Assembly: GCA_036654095.1 (NCBI GenBank)
Contig: JAVVSR010000002.1
Coordinates: 65,375-129,374, forward strand
Length of the DNA: 64,000 nucleotides
Reading direction: 5' to 3'
Source of the DNA: Clostridia bacterium
Lineage (GTDB): Bacteria > Bacillota > Clostridia > Christensenellales > CAG-917
The notes beneath the pieces were generated by a model. That model saw only the letters and a program-made list of their open reading frames with translations. It had not been told where the DNA came from and did not search any database. The position numbers and the translations under genes are program-made. This document shows positions 9,476 to 21,130 of this stretch, in pieces. Position 1 is the first letter of the stretch. Each line of letters starts with the position of its first letter.

Positions 9476-10200
9476 TAAAATTTCACCTCCGCGCTGTCAA
9501 AAATCGGGCCGTCTTTGCACACACGTTTTATGCCGTTATATGTTTCAATACTGCAACCCATACACGCGCCAAATCCGCACGCCATACGCGCTTCAAGCGA
9601 CAATTCCCCTGTTTTTGAAAATTCCGATAGCGCCTTCAGCATAACAGTAGGACCACAAGCGTAATAATAATCATAGTCAATTTGGACAGTCATCAATGCT
9701 TCCACTGCATTTCCATAAAAACCGATAGAACCGTCATCAGACGACACTATCACACTTCCTAGCTTTTTGAACTCGTCAACATAAAAGGCTTCAGCTTCGT
9801 TTTTAAATCCCAGCACAATGACGGGTTTTTTGCCCTGTTTGACTAATTCTTTCGCCAAGTAATAAAGAGGCGCAATACCTATTCCACCGCCAACTAACAA
9901 CGGTTTTTTTGAACGTTCTGTTCTGAAGCCATTTCCTAAGGCTACCAAACAATCCAATTCGTCGCCATTTTTTAAACCAATCATCGCTTCCGTGCCGCGC
10001 CCAGAAACCCTATATAAAACAGTAATTTCATTGCCGTTACGGTCGGCAATACCAAATGGACGACGCAAGTAAAAACCGTTTAATGCAATTTCAATAAACT
10101 GACCACATTGTGTTTTATCAATATCGCCAACTAAAATCAACTTATAAATATCTTTGCTGATTTTATTGTTTTCTTTTACCTTTAAATTAATTTGCTTCAT
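9475..10200 (-). CDS. pyrK: dihydroorotate dehydrogenase B electron-transfer subunit (FAD/2Fe-2S)
   Basis: 241 aa with an RPFGI FAD motif and a C-terminal CGFGACMGC cluster. Confidence 0.92.
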   Translation of the reverse strand: MKQINLKVKENNKISKDIYKLILVGDIDKTQCGQFIEIALNGFYLRRPFGIADRNGNEITVLYRVSGRGTEAMIGLKNGDELDCLVALGNGFRTERSKKPLLVGGGIGIAPLYYLAKELVKQGKKPVIVLGFKNEAEAFYVDEFKKLGSVIVSSDDGSIGFYGNAVEALMTVQIDYDYYYACGPTVMLKALSEFSKTGELSLEARMACGFGACMGCSIETYNGIKRVCKDGPIFDSAEVKF

Positions 10201-10396
10201 TTTTTACCTATTGATTTAATTGCGCTTAATTAAGCAATTATCTATATTACATCTGCTGCGTAAATTTCGAGCCAAACATCTAATGCATTAATTTGCGCTA
10301 TATCAAAACATTTTCTTATTGCTACACCCGTACAGCCCTATTCAACTAATTAACAGTAAATAGGACTAACCGCATAATTAGATAATACAACATTAA

Positions 10397-13300
10397 TTAT
10401 TTTGCGTCAATAGTACTAACACTCATCGTAATTTCCTCAAGCACGTCAAGTAAGGCCGCCACGGTGTCAAGTGAGGTAAATATAGGAACATTATTTTCAA
10501 CAGCCGTGCTTCTAATTGCAACGCCGTCACGATGAACAGTAAGTTCGCCTTCGGTAATGGTGTTTACAACATAGGTAACATATCCTTTGCGCAACCCTTC
10601 CAATATTTCTTCGCTACCTTGTGAAAGTTTTTTGCGAACCCTTGTGCGAATACCTTTAGTTTTCAAAAATTTGGCCGTACCTTCAGTGGCTTCGATGTTA
10701 AAACCTAAATCATAAAAACGCTTAATGAGAGGTAATGCGGCATCTTTATCGGCATCACTAATAGTTGCGAATACCGTTCCATAGTTGCTAACCCTTAGAC
10801 CACTGGCCTTTAAAGCTTTATAGATAGCGCGATTAAGCGATTTATCGTAGCCGATTGCTTCGCCGGTAGATTTCATTTCGGGCGAAAGCACCGCGTCAAG
10901 CCCTGTAAGTTTACTGTACGAGAACGTAGGCGCTTTGACATACCATTTATCCTTTCTTGGAAACACACCCGTATAACCCAACGTCTTTAGACTTTGTCCA
11001 AGCATAACCTTTGTTGCAATATTCGCAATAGGTACGCCCGTAACTTTAGCTAAAAACGGTACAGTACGGCTACTTCTTGGGTTTACTTCAATAATAAACA
11101 CCTTGTCCGACTTGTCGACTACAAACTGAATATTGAATGGCCCGATAATTCCAAGAGCGAGCGCTATGCGAGTTGTATAGTTTACAATAACATCTTGAAT
11201 TTGTTTGTTTAACGAATGTGACGGATACACGCTCAAGCTGTCGCCACTATGAACGCCTGCGCGCTCGATATGCTCCATAATTCCGGGGATAAAAACTTCT
11301 TTTCCGTCACAAATAGCGTCAACTTCACACTCGCGCCCAATAATATATTTATCAATAAGTACGGGGTGTTTTTTATTTAGTTGAACAGCCTCATTTAAAA
11401 AGCCTTCAAGATTTTTTTCGTCATACACAATGTGCATCATACGACCGCCTAGCACAAACGAGGGCCTTACTAAAACAGGATAACCTATTTTTAAAGCGGC
11501 GGCTTTGCCGTCGACAATATTAAACACGGCCTTACCTTCGGGCATAGGAATATTTAGTTTATTTAACACTTCAATAAATAAATCTCTATCCTCTGCCAAG
11601 GCGATACTTGCGCTGCTACTCCCTAAAATTTTAACACCCGCTTTATCTAGGTCATCGGCAAGATTGATTGCAGTTTGTCCGCCTAACGCAACGACAACAC
11701 CTTCAGGTTTTTCAAAGTCGACGATATTCATAACATCTTCAAACGTTAGCGGTTCGAAATACAATTTGTCACTTAGGGTATAGTCCGTTGAAACCGTTTC
11801 AGGATTGTTGTTTATAATAATAGCTTCATAGCCAGCTTCTTGAATAGCCCACACAGCGTGTACGGTAGAATAGTCAAATTCAACGCCTTGACCAATGCGG
11901 ATAGGCCCGCTTCCTAAAACTATTACTTTCTTTTTTTCGCCGATTTTTGACTCGTTTTCATTTTCATAAGTAGAGTAAAAATAAGGTATATATGATTTAA
12001 ATTCACCACCGCAGATATCAACCGTTTTATAAACAGGATACATATTGTTTTCTTTGCGCAGATTGTAAATATCGACATAGCTCATATCCCAGCACGCGCC
12101 AATAAACTCATCGCCGAAACCCATACGTTTTGCAGTATAAAGCACTTTAAGGTCATTTTTATTAGCTTTAATTATCTTTTCATAATTTACGATGTTATAT
12201 AATTTATTTAAAAACAGCTTGTCAATTTTCGTAATTTCGTTAATATAATCAACGCTGATATCCCTTCTTAGCGCCTCCATAATAGCGTAAATACGTTCAT
12301 CTGTGCTTGCGGAAATAAAATCAACTAACTCCTTTTTGCTAAACGATTTAAGCCGCGGAAGTTCAAGGTGGCACAGCCCTGTTTCAAGCGAACGCGCGCC
12401 TTTTAAAAACGCTTCTTCGAGCGTGCGCCCTATGCTCATTATTTCACCTGTTGCCTTCATTTGAGTATTTAAATGACGGTTTGCTGTTGCAAATTTATCA
12501 AACGGAAACCTAGGAAATTTTGCTACAACGTAATCAACCGTAGGTTCAAAACACGCCAACGTACTTGCAAGTTGTATTTCGTCAAGCCTCATTCCGCAGG
12601 CAATTTTACTGCTGACGCGCGCAATCGGAAACCCTGTCGCTTTGCTTGCTAGCGCACTTGAACGACTAACGCGAGGATTTACTTCTATTACATAATACTT
12701 AAACGAAAACGGGTCAAGGGAATACTGAATATTGCATCCGCCCTCTATCCCCAATGCCCTTATTATTTTCAATGCGCTGTTTCTAAGCATTTGAAATTCG
12801 CGGTTAGTAAGAGTTTGGCAAGGCGCAACGACTATTGAGTCGCCCGTATGAATACCAACTGGGTCAACGTTTTCCATACCACATACAACAATGGCAGTAT
12901 CGTTTGAATCACGCATAACTTCAAATTCTATTTCTTTAAACCCCTTTATGGATTTTTCAACTAAAATTTGAGTTACCGGCGAAAGCTTCAAAGCGCGTTT
13001 ACTAAGTTCAATCATTTCAGCGTCGTTATCGGCAAAGCCACCACCCGTACCACCTAAAGTAAATGCTGGCCTAACTATAATTGGATAACCAATTTTGTTT
13101 GCTGCTGCAACCGAATCTTCTATGGTTGTCGCTGTAAATGATTTTATAGTAGGTTCATTTATGCTTTCGCACAAATCTTTAAACAGCTGTCTGTCTTCCG
13201 CTTTCGTAATTGAATTGTAGCCTGTACCTAAAAGCTCAACTTGACACTCGTCTAAAATACCTTTTTTGTGTAACTGCATACCTAAATTTAAGCCCGTCTG

Positions 13301-13576
13301 ACCACCAATGCTACAAATTAAGCCGTCGGGACGCTCAAGCCTTATAATCCTTGCAACGTGTTCCAAGTCCAATGGTTCCATATAAATTTTATTTGCGATT
13401 TTCGTATCAGTCATAATTGTCGCAGGATTGCTGTTGACAAGCACAACCTCATAGCCCTCCTCTCGAAGCGCAATACAAGCCTGCGTACCTGCGTAGTCAA
13501 ACTCAGCCGCTTGTCCAATAACAATCGGGCCACTTCCGATGACCATAATTTTTTTAATATCTGTTCTCTTGGGCAT
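10397..13576 (-). CDS. carB: carbamoyl-phosphate synthase large subunit
   Basis: 1059 aa with duplicated ATP-grasp halves and an MGS-like C-terminus. Confidence 0.97.
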   Translation of the reverse strand: MPKRTDIKKIMVIGSGPIVIGQAAEFDYAGTQACIALREEGYEVVLVNSNPATIMTDTKIANKIYMEPLDLEHVARIIRLERPDGLICSIGGQTGLNLGMQLHKKGILDECQVELLGTGYNSITKAEDRQLFKDLCESINEPTIKSFTATTIEDSVAAANKIGYPIIVRPAFTLGGTGGGFADNDAEMIELSKRALKLSPVTQILVEKSIKGFKEIEFEVMRDSNDTAIVVCGMENVDPVGIHTGDSIVVAPCQTLTNREFQMLRNSALKIIRALGIEGGCNIQYSLDPFSFKYYVIEVNPRVSRSSALASKATGFPIARVSSKIACGMRLDEIQLASTLACFEPTVDYVVAKFPRFPFDKFATANRHLNTQMKATGEIMSIGRTLEEAFLKGARSLETGLCHLELPRLKSFSKKELVDFISASTDERIYAIMEALRRDISVDYINEITKIDKLFLNKLYNIVNYEKIIKANKNDLKVLYTAKRMGFGDEFIGACWDMSYVDIYNLRKENNMYPVYKTVDICGGEFKSYIPYFYSTYENENESKIGEKKKVIVLGSGPIRIGQGVEFDYSTVHAVWAIQEAGYEAIIINNNPETVSTDYTLSDKLYFEPLTFEDVMNIVDFEKPEGVVVALGGQTAINLADDLDKAGVKILGSSSASIALAEDRDLFIEVLNKLNIPMPEGKAVFNIVDGKAAALKIGYPVLVRPSFVLGGRMMHIVYDEKNLEGFLNEAVQLNKKHPVLIDKYIIGRECEVDAICDGKEVFIPGIMEHIERAGVHSGDSLSVYPSHSLNKQIQDVIVNYTTRIALALGIIGPFNIQFVVDKSDKVFIIEVNPRSSRTVPFLAKVTGVPIANIATKVMLGQSLKTLGYTGVFPRKDKWYVKAPTFSYSKLTGLDAVLSPEMKSTGEAIGYDKSLNRAIYKALKASGLRVSNYGTVFATISDADKDAALPLIKRFYDLGFNIEATEGTAKFLKTKGIRTRVRKKLSQGSEEILEGLRKGYVTYVVNTITEGELTVHRDGVAIRSTAVENNVPIFTSLDTVAALLDVLEEITMSVSTIDAK

Positions 13577-14663
13577 TTTTATTACCTCCTGCTTTCCTTA
13601 AAAGTTCAATATACTTTTCAAAAATCAAAATGCTATCAGCAGTGCCTTCCGCGCTTTCGGGGTGATACTGCATACCTATTACACCATTTAATTGGTCAAA
13701 AACACCTTCCGCCTCATTATCTAAAAGATTGATATGCGTAATTTTGATTTGTTTGCCTAAAAGGCTGTCATTGTTAAGCGCATAAGAATGATTTTGTGTT
13801 GTAATTTCGACCTTTCCAGTTTCGAGGTCTTTAACTGGAATATTTGAGCCTCGGTGTCCAAACTTCATTTTATATGTTGTCGCCCCGTATGCCAGCCCAA
13901 TCAACTGACAGCCTAAGCTAAGCCCAAAAATAGGCATTTTGCCCCGAGCTTTATTGATAAGTTCAATTATCTCAATAATTTCCATTGGATTGCCGGGGCC
14001 ATTTGTAATAAACAAGCCGTCAGCTTTTAACTTGACGATATCATCAAATGAGGTGTTAAACGGCACAATAACCACATTACAGCCGTATTCGTTAAGTTTT
14101 TTAATTACGCTATATTTAATACCACAGTCGACGGCAACTACTGTAAACTCTGGATTTCTCGTTCTTGAGTACCATACTTTTTGTGTAGAAACCAACTCAA
14201 CAGGACGCTTCTTAAGTTTTGAACTCTTCAGTTCTACTAAGCACTCGTCAATGCACCTGTTTGAATCGGTAATCATTGCAAGCATCTCGCCTTCGTCGCG
14301 AATTATTTTAACTATTTCACGTGTATCCAAGTCGGCAATTCCTGAAACATTGTTGTCAAGCATAACTTCGCTCAATGTTTTAGTGTAGCGGAAGTTCGAC
14401 GGCAAATCATTATACTCGCGAACAACCAATCCGCTTAAAAATATCCCCTTTGATTCATAATCCTCATCAGCTAAACCATAGTTTCCAATAAGAGGATAGC
14501 TCATAACAACTATCTGCTCTGCGTAACACGGGTCAGAAATTATTTCTTGATATCCTACCATACAGGTATTAAAAACCAATTCGGCGATTCGCGTACTTTT
14601 GCCTCCAAACCCTTCACCGTAAAAGACTTTACCGTTTTCTAACACAAGCATTTTATCTTTCAT
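13554..14663 (-). CDS. carA: carbamoyl-phosphate synthase small (glutaminase) subunit
   Basis: 369 aa with the GATase triad region GLSLGCQL...HPE. Overlaps carB by 23 nt. Confidence 0.95.
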   Translation of the reverse strand: MKDKMLVLENGKVFYGEGFGGKSTRIAELVFNTCMVGYQEIISDPCYAEQIVVMSYPLIGNYGLADEDYESKGIFLSGLVVREYNDLPSNFRYTKTLSEVMLDNNVSGIADLDTREIVKIIRDEGEMLAMITDSNRCIDECLVELKSSKLKKRPVELVSTQKVWYSRTRNPEFTVVAVDCGIKYSVIKKLNEYGCNVVIVPFNTSFDDIVKLKADGLFITNGPGNPMEIIEIIELINKARGKMPIFGLSLGCQLIGLAYGATTYKMKFGHRGSNIPVKDLETGKVEITTQNHSYALNNDSLLGKQIKITHINLLDNEAEGVFDQLNGVIGMQYHPESAEGTADSILIFEKYIELLRKAGGNKNAQENRY

Positions 14664-14701
14664 TGTAACCTCCCGATATATCTAAAATTTTATATTTCAA
14701 A

Positions 14702-15910
14702 TTATATTGCCCTGTAAACGACTTTGCCGTCAACAAGCGTTAAAACGTTCATTCCAAAAAGCGACTCTCCGATAAATGGCGAGTTTTTACTTTTTGAAAG
14801 TATTTCATCCTTTCTATAAGTATGTTGATTTTCAATATCAAGCACCGCAATATCAGCCACGCTGCCTTCTTCTATGTTGCTGTGTAAAATACTGAAACGG
14901 TCAGACGGATTATAAACAAGCCAATTCAAAAATTTTTCATATGAAGCAAGTCCCGTTTTTATAAAGTAAGTAAAAATAATCGGCGCAAGCGTTTCAAACC
15001 CAATTATGCCGTTTGGAGCTTTTTCATATACAACAGCTTTGTCTTGTTCGCTATGCGGCGCGTGGTCGGTAGCAATCATATCAGCGACGCCTGTTAGCAA
15101 AGCTTTTATCGTAAACATCATATCACGACGCGAACGTAAAGGAGGATTCATTTTAAAATTTGTGTTGCCACATATATCGTCTTCGCAAAGCACTAAGTGA
15201 TGTGGAGTTACCTCACAAGTAACATCAACTCCATTTAACTTAGCCTTTTCAATGGCATTAAAGCTTCTTTCTGTTGACATATGACAAAAATGATATTTGC
15301 AGCCAATTTCCTTTACAAGCGCCAATTCTCGCTCAACTGCTAAATATTCAGCCTCGCCAGAAGTTCCGTAACCGTTCATTTCCGCGTGCGATGATATCAC
15401 AACGTCGTTTGCTTTCGCCCAACGCATAGCCTGCTTTAACACATCAATATTGTTTACGCCTCGACCATCGTCAGTGATACCCTTCACCTTACCAATTAGC
15501 TCGTCTAATGCCGAAACTTCAATGCCTAATTCACCTTTTGAAACACTTGCGTATGGATAAATTTTAATTACGCTTTCGACGTCTATAATGCTTTGTTCAA
15601 TTTGTAAATTTTCATAACAGTCGGGCGTAGGGTTAAGGTTTGGCATAGCCATAGCAGATGTTATCCCACCCTTAGCCGCGCTTCTGCTTTCCGAATAAAT
15701 TGTACCTTTACCCTCAAAACCAGGCTCGCGGAAATGCGCGTGTACATCAATAGTGCCGGGAATAACCCAGCACTTGGAAACATCAATAACGTTGCAATTT
15801 GAAAGAGAAATACAATCATCAATCTTTTTAATAAGATTGCCCTCTATCAATATATCTTTTTTAATTAAGCTGCCGCCTAAAAGCACACTTCCATTTTTTA
15901 ATAAAATCAA
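14702..15910 (-). CDS. pyrC: dihydroorotase
   Basis: 402 aa amidohydrolase (DVHAHFREPG). TTG start overlaps the pyrB stop (TTGA), with GGAGGG upstream. Confidence 0.92.
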   Translation of the reverse strand: MILLKNGSVLLGGSLIKKDILIEGNLIKKIDDCISLSNCNVIDVSKCWVIPGTIDVHAHFREPGFEGKGTIYSESRSAAKGGITSAMAMPNLNPTPDCYENLQIEQSIIDVESVIKIYPYASVSKGELGIEVSALDELIGKVKGITDDGRGVNNIDVLKQAMRWAKANDVVISSHAEMNGYGTSGEAEYLAVERELALVKEIGCKYHFCHMSTERSFNAIEKAKLNGVDVTCEVTPHHLVLCEDDICGNTNFKMNPPLRSRRDMMFTIKALLTGVADMIATDHAPHSEQDKAVVYEKAPNGIIGFETLAPIIFTYFIKTGLASYEKFLNWLVYNPSDRFSILHSNIEEGSVADIAVLDIENQHTYRKDEILSKSKNSPFIGESLFGMNVLTLVDGKVVYRAI

Positions 15911-16779
15911 AGCAAGCCCTCCATTACCATATAAATAACCGCCATCCGAACATAAACACCATTTTCCATTTGCTTATATATTCTGCTAACATTACATTCA
16001 GCGACATCGTCGGCTATTTCAATACCTCGGTTAATAGGCGCGGGGTGAATAATGATTGCACCCTTATTCATGTTTTTCACACGCTCCATTGTCATTCCCC
16101 AATTTTTCAAATATTCATTAGCCGCGACTTCAGTACCGTCGTGATGCCGTTCAAACTGCACGCGCAATAAATTAATAACATCTGCAAATTTAACCGCGTC
16201 GTCTAAACTAACAAGCGTACCCGTGTCATCAACAAACTGACTAGGCGCGCAAATATAAACTTCCATTCCAAGTCTTTTCATAATTTCAGCGTTACCGTGC
16301 GCCACGCGAGAGTGAACAATATCGCCAACAATACAAACTTTTAAACCATCAAATCGCCCAAATTCCTCATATATGGTCATTAAATCCAATAAAGTTTGAG
16401 TTGGATGGTTTGATGTGCCATCTCCGCCATTAAAAATAGGGATTTGGATATTTTCCAAATCCCTATAATATTCATTTTGCGAATGTCTAATAACAACACC
16501 ATCAACACCCAACGCCTCAAAAGTACGAACAGTGTCGTACAATGTTTCGCCCTTAGCAACGCTAGAAGCGCCCACGTTAAATGTAATAGGAGTAATGCCA
16601 AGCCTTAGCATTGCCATTTGAAAACTAAACTGCGTACGGGTAGAGTTTTCATAAAACAGGCTAGCCATTCTTTTCCCCGAATAATCCACTTTTTTCCCCT
16701 GCTTAAATTGAATAGCAAGGTCAATAATGTCGCAAATTTTTTGTGTGGATAGAACTTTTAAAGTAAGCAATCCTTTCAT
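15907..16779 (-). CDS. pyrB: aspartate carbamoyltransferase catalytic subunit
   Basis: 290 aa with ENSTRTQ, HPTQ and HPAPINRG motifs. Confidence 0.94.
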   Translation of the reverse strand: MKGLLTLKVLSTQKICDIIDLAIQFKQGKKVDYSGKRMASLFYENSTRTQFSFQMAMLRLGITPITFNVGASSVAKGETLYDTVRTFEALGVDGVVIRHSQNEYYRDLENIQIPIFNGGDGTSNHPTQTLLDLMTIYEEFGRFDGLKVCIVGDIVHSRVAHGNAEIMKRLGMEVYICAPSQFVDDTGTLVSLDDAVKFADVINLLRVQFERHHDGTEVAANEYLKNWGMTMERVKNMNKGAIIIHPAPINRGIEIADDVAECNVSRIYKQMENGVYVRMAVIYMVMEGLL

Positions 16780-16867
16780 TAAAAAACCTCAATTTGGCAA
16801 AAAAATTTTGGCAAATCATTTTGCCGAAACCTTTTTTCACATACCTACATTCGTGTTTATTTGTTTA

Positions 16868-16896
16868 ATTATATCACGAAATATTGTTATATGCAA
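16868..16896 (-). promoter_or_regulatory. candidate sigma-A promoter of the pyr operon
   Basis: Minus strand: TTGCAT, 17 nt spacer, TATAAT, about 90 nt upstream of the pyrB ATG. The leader contains GGCAAAATGATTTGCC followed by AAAATTTTTTT (16790..16826). Confidence 0.45.
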
Positions 16897-17096
16897 ATGT
16901 TTTGAGTACGCCAGACAATATTTTTTTAATATTTATATTTAATCTTATAATTAGGATTTAACAGCAAATTTAAATATTGAAACCAAATATAATGATATTC
17001 AGTTATAATTATGTTTGCTTTTTATCATAACAATTTAATTTACACTTTCTTTCAGCAAGTATTGCAATGTTATAATTAATAAATTAAACAATAACT

Positions 17097-17621
17097 TTAC
17101 TTAAACCTATATAGTTTATAAAACTTTTTAACACGCGCTACATACTTTCTTGTTTCGTCATAAGGGATATCCTCTACTCTTTTAATTCCGTCAGCTAACC
17201 ATTGTTTTATTGTCCCCTCTCCTGCATTATACGCGGCCAAGCCAAATTCAAAATCAAATTTTTCAATCAAGTAATCTAAATATTTTACACCTAATAATAT
17301 ATTTATTTCGGCACTATATAATAATTCATAATTAAAATATCCTAGCTTTAAAATGTCCTCATATATCCACTTGGCTGTTGCTGGCTTCAGTTGCATTAAA
17401 CCAACTGCGCCCTTTTCGGATATTGCCTTGATATCAAACCCACTTTCCACTTTAATAACCGCCAAAACCAATCGATTATCCACTCCAAACTTTTTTGCAG
17501 CAACAGAAACTTCCTCATCGTACTTGGTAAAAAACACCGAATACATTGTTAAGGAAATTATTAAAAGAATCACAGCTGTCACTGATAGCCATAAATTTAA
17601 GTTGTTTTTATTTTTTTTCAC
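17097..17621 (-). CDS. membrane-anchored lytic transglycosylase (SLT domain)
   Basis: 174 aa with an N-terminal TM. SLT motifs VIKVESGF, GLMQL and AAYNAGEG. GTG start with no obvious RBS. Confidence 0.8.
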   Translation of the reverse strand: MKKNKNNLNLWLSVTAVILLIISLTMYSVFFTKYDEEVSVAAKKFGVDNRLVLAVIKVESGFDIKAISEKGAVGLMQLKPATAKWIYEDILKLGYFNYELLYSAEINILLGVKYLDYLIEKFDFEFGLAAYNAGEGTIKQWLADGIKRVEDIPYDETRKYVARVKKFYKLYRFK

Positions 17622-17650
17622 GTTACAATATATTATGCTTCAATTTAGCC

Positions 17651-17677
17651 AAAAAAAACAACCGCTAATATAGCGGT
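17651..17677 (-). terminator. rho-independent terminator after coaE
   Basis: Minus strand: ACCGCTA-TAT-TAGCGGT followed by TGTTTTTTTT. Confidence 0.6.
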
Positions 17678-17868
17678 CATAATTGGTTTAATTAAATAAA
17701 AAAATATAGTACTAATTTACAAAAAAATTACTTCCTAAAATTTTTCTCGCTTGCTTAAAATACCTTTTATAAAAATATTGATTAAAACAAGCAAAACTAT
17801 GTGCCGTAAAATTGTCAAAAAAATGCCTCAATTATAATTTCAGCTTGTTTTACGTAAAATGTTGTGCG

Positions 17869-18459
17869 CTAGTTTTCAATATGTATAGGGGTTATGCCTG
17901 TATCCGCTTCGATTTTTATAAGCATTTCACGAACTCGCCTGTACAATTCGTCATATGATGCCTTGTTTTCAATTATGTAATCGGCATATTTTTCGCGTTC
18001 GCCATCGCTTAACTGCGACATAATCATTTTGTGCGCCAAAATTTTATCAATGCCACTACGGTCAAAAAGCCGTGATACCCTTATATCGTATGGCGCGGTA
18101 ATAACAATAATTTTATCAAACATAGTTTGCATTCCACTTTCAAACAGCAGTGGTACTTCTACAAACAAATCTAAGCCCGCGCGCTTAATTTCACTAAAAA
18201 TAATTGGGTGGGCAATACTGTTTAGCAGCTGACGTTTGTCATAGTCGTTAAAAATAATTTTCCTTAAAATATCCTTATTAATTTTGCCATCAACCACCGC
18301 CGACGGAAAGGCAGTTTGTATTTTTTCAATATAATCAGCGCGCAACAAGAGCCTCGCATTGATTTCGTCTGCCGAGGCAACCTTGTAACCCAACGAAGAT
18401 ATAATTTTCATAACTTCGCTTTTCCCAACTCCAATACCACCAGTAACTGCAATTCTCAT
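17869..18459 (-). CDS. coaE: dephospho-CoA kinase
   Basis: 196 aa with P-loop GGIGVGKS. Directly follows polA, with a 1-nt overlap. Confidence 0.9.
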   Translation of the reverse strand: MRIAVTGGIGVGKSEVMKIISSLGYKVASADEINARLLLRADYIEKIQTAFPSAVVDGKINKDILRKIIFNDYDKRQLLNSIAHPIIFSEIKRAGLDLFVEVPLLFESGMQTMFDKIIVITAPYDIRVSRLFDRSGIDKILAHKMIMSQLSDGEREKYADYIIENKASYDELYRRVREMLIKIEADTGITPIHIEN

Positions 18460-21005
18460 TAATCTGCCTCAAACCAACTTCTGCCTGTTTTAACATTTAC
18501 CGTCAACGGAACACTAAGTTTAACGGCATTTTCCATACAGTTTTTTAATTCAGACGTGATAAACTCGGCCTCCGACTGTTCGGTTTCAATTATCAATTCA
18601 TCGTGAACTTGCAAAAGCATTTTAGAATTTGTATTTTTAAGTCGTTTTTCAACTTCAAGCATAGCAATTTTAATAATGTCGGCAGCAGTACCCTGCAAAG
18701 GTAAATTCATAGCTGCACGCTTCCCAAATTCTCTAATATTATGATTAGTTGATTTAATTTCAGGAAGTTCACGAATACGGCCAAAAAAAGTGGTTATATA
18801 ACCGTGTTCTTCAGCGAAAGCGACGTTTTTATCCATATATTCTTTTACGCGCGGATAAGTTGCGAAGTACTTTTCAATATATATTTTAGCCTTTCGCGCG
18901 CTAATAGACAAGTTGTTTGCCAAGCCAAAATCACTTATGCCATAAATAATACCAAAGTTCACGGCTTTAGCGTCGCGGCGCATTTCAGATGTGACTTCAT
19001 TTTGACTCACGCCAAAAATTTCAGCAGCGGTAGATGCGTGTATGTCGCGACTTTCGATATATGCTTTAATTAAATTTTCATCGCCACTGAAATGCGCTAA
19101 AAGCCTAAGTTCAATTTGCGAGTAGTCGGCGCATACCAAAAGCTTACCTTTATCCGCAACAAAAGCCCGCCTTATTTCGCGCCCTTCGGACGTGCGTGTA
19201 GGAATATTTTGCAAGTTCGGTTCAACCGACGAAAGCCTACCTGTTGATGTTACAGTTTGTTTATACTCGGTATGAATACGACCATCGCCAGCAATAACTT
19301 TTTTAAGTCCGTCAACGTAAGTCGACTGAAGCTTGGAAAGTTGCCGATACCTAATAATCAAAGGAATAATTGGATGTTCATCATAGAGGTCGTTCAACAC
19401 TTCAATGCCTACCGAAAGCCCCGTTTTATTTTTCTTTTTAGACAACAATTTAAGTTTATCAAAAAGAATAACGGCCAACTGCTTGGGCGAATTAATATTG
19501 AAAGTTTCTCCTGAATACGTATAAATGTTATTAGTTAAAGTATCCAATTCTAAAGTATATTTATCGCTTAGCTCATTTAGCACATTTTCGTCAACGCGTA
19601 TGCCTTTAACTTCCATACCAAACAAAACATTTTCAAGAGGCAATTCAATGTCATAGTAAAGTTTTGATAGGTTTTTTTCATTTAAATCGCAAGTTAGTCT
19701 TTCTAAAATCAAAAACAAGGTTGACACATTTTCTTGCTCGCCGAACCCGAAACATAAAAACATTTCGCTCATACTTGAAAAGTTTTTGCTGCCTTTAACC
19801 AAATGCGCCATTAAAAGTGTATCGTAAATTTCACCATTAATACTAATATTATATTCATTTAGCGAATGCAATAAAGCCTTGTAATCGTACAAGATTTTAT
19901 CAGTATTGGCAATTAGTAAAGGCTTTATAGTTTCAAGTATAACATCAATAGACAGTTCGCCAAACAGGTCATTTGATGGCGACACTAAAAACTGTTTGTC
20001 CTTGCAAATTGAAAAGCAAATATTGACTCCAAATGTTAAAGCTAAAGGCTTATCAACACATTCATTAACGGCGGCTATTAATGCTTCCAAATTGTCAACA
20101 TTAATTGTTGATATATCTGTTTGTGTAAATAAAACATCTGTTTCGTCATTTGTATCAAATTTAAGACGTTTAATTAGATTGACAAAATCAAGTTCAATTA
20201 GCCCTTCTTTGGCTTTTTTAGTAAACGGATAAACCAACTTTAAATCATCTAATTTACATTTAAGCGGAACATCTGTATTTATAGTTGCCAGTTGATATGA
20301 CATCTTTGCAATAGCCTCTCCTTCAACTAGCCTTTCGCCAACTTTACCTGAAATTTTTGAAGCGTTTGCCAGCACATTTTCAAGCGTCTTATATTCGTTT
20401 AAAAGTATCATTGCTGTTTTTTCGCCAATGCCCGCAATCCCCGGAATGTTGTCAGCCGTATCTCCCCGTAAAGCTTTGTAGTCAATAATTGACTGTGGCG
20501 TAAATCCATCTTCAGCCAAGCGCGCTTCGTCATACATTATCACATCTGATATCCCACGCTTAGTGTAGCATATTTTAGTGTTGTCACTAATTAACTGTAA
20601 TGCGTCACGGTCGCCAGTCACAATTATTGTATCCATATCAAACCGTTTTGCCATTGTACCTAAAATATCATCAGCTTCATAACCCGCTAACTCTAAAATT
20701 GTAATCCCAAAATCATTTAAAACCTTTTTTAACATAGGTACTTGCGCAACCAATTCATCAGGCATTGGCTTTCTCGTAGCTTTATATGGCGCAAACATCT
20801 CGTGCCTAAAAGTCGGAAATCTTAGGTCAAATGCCGCCGCTATGTGCGTTGGCTTTTCATCTGAAATCAATTTTGTCATCATAGTAACAAAACCATATAT
20901 CGCACCCGTCGGACGTCCTTGCCTGTCAGTCAAAGCAGATTTTTGCAACGCATAAAACGCGCGATACATTAAGCTGTTGCTATCTAGTAAAATTAATTTA
21001 TCCAT
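18459..21005 (-). CDS. polA: DNA polymerase I
   Basis: About 848 aa with a 5' nuclease domain, a central exo-like domain and the Pol A motifs (DYSQIELR, RRDAKAVNFGIIYG, QVHDE). The ORF track starts 6 nt earlier at a GTG. Confidence 0.96.
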   Translation of the reverse strand: MDKLILLDSNSLMYRAFYALQKSALTDRQGRPTGAIYGFVTMMTKLISDEKPTHIAAAFDLRFPTFRHEMFAPYKATRKPMPDELVAQVPMLKKVLNDFGITILELAGYEADDILGTMAKRFDMDTIIVTGDRDALQLISDNTKICYTKRGISDVIMYDEARLAEDGFTPQSIIDYKALRGDTADNIPGIAGIGEKTAMILLNEYKTLENVLANASKISGKVGERLVEGEAIAKMSYQLATINTDVPLKCKLDDLKLVYPFTKKAKEGLIELDFVNLIKRLKFDTNDETDVLFTQTDISTINVDNLEALIAAVNECVDKPLALTFGVNICFSICKDKQFLVSPSNDLFGELSIDVILETIKPLLIANTDKILYDYKALLHSLNEYNISINGEIYDTLLMAHLVKGSKNFSSMSEMFLCFGFGEQENVSTLFLILERLTCDLNEKNLSKLYYDIELPLENVLFGMEVKGIRVDENVLNELSDKYTLELDTLTNNIYTYSGETFNINSPKQLAVILFDKLKLLSKKKNKTGLSVGIEVLNDLYDEHPIIPLIIRYRQLSKLQSTYVDGLKKVIAGDGRIHTEYKQTVTSTGRLSSVEPNLQNIPTRTSEGREIRRAFVADKGKLLVCADYSQIELRLLAHFSGDENLIKAYIESRDIHASTAAEIFGVSQNEVTSEMRRDAKAVNFGIIYGISDFGLANNLSISARKAKIYIEKYFATYPRVKEYMDKNVAFAEEHGYITTFFGRIRELPEIKSTNHNIREFGKRAAMNLPLQGTAADIIKIAMLEVEKRLKNTNSKMLLQVHDELIIETEQSEAEFITSELKNCMENAVKLSVPLTVNVKTGRSWFEAD

Positions 21006-21130
21006 ACACACCTATTATTTCCATATATTATTTTAATATTTACAACTAGTCATCTTTTATCATTGCCATTACGTTATAAAAGTTACCCTATTTAATTATT
21101 TGCCGACTAACAATTTAATTTAGTTTCCCT

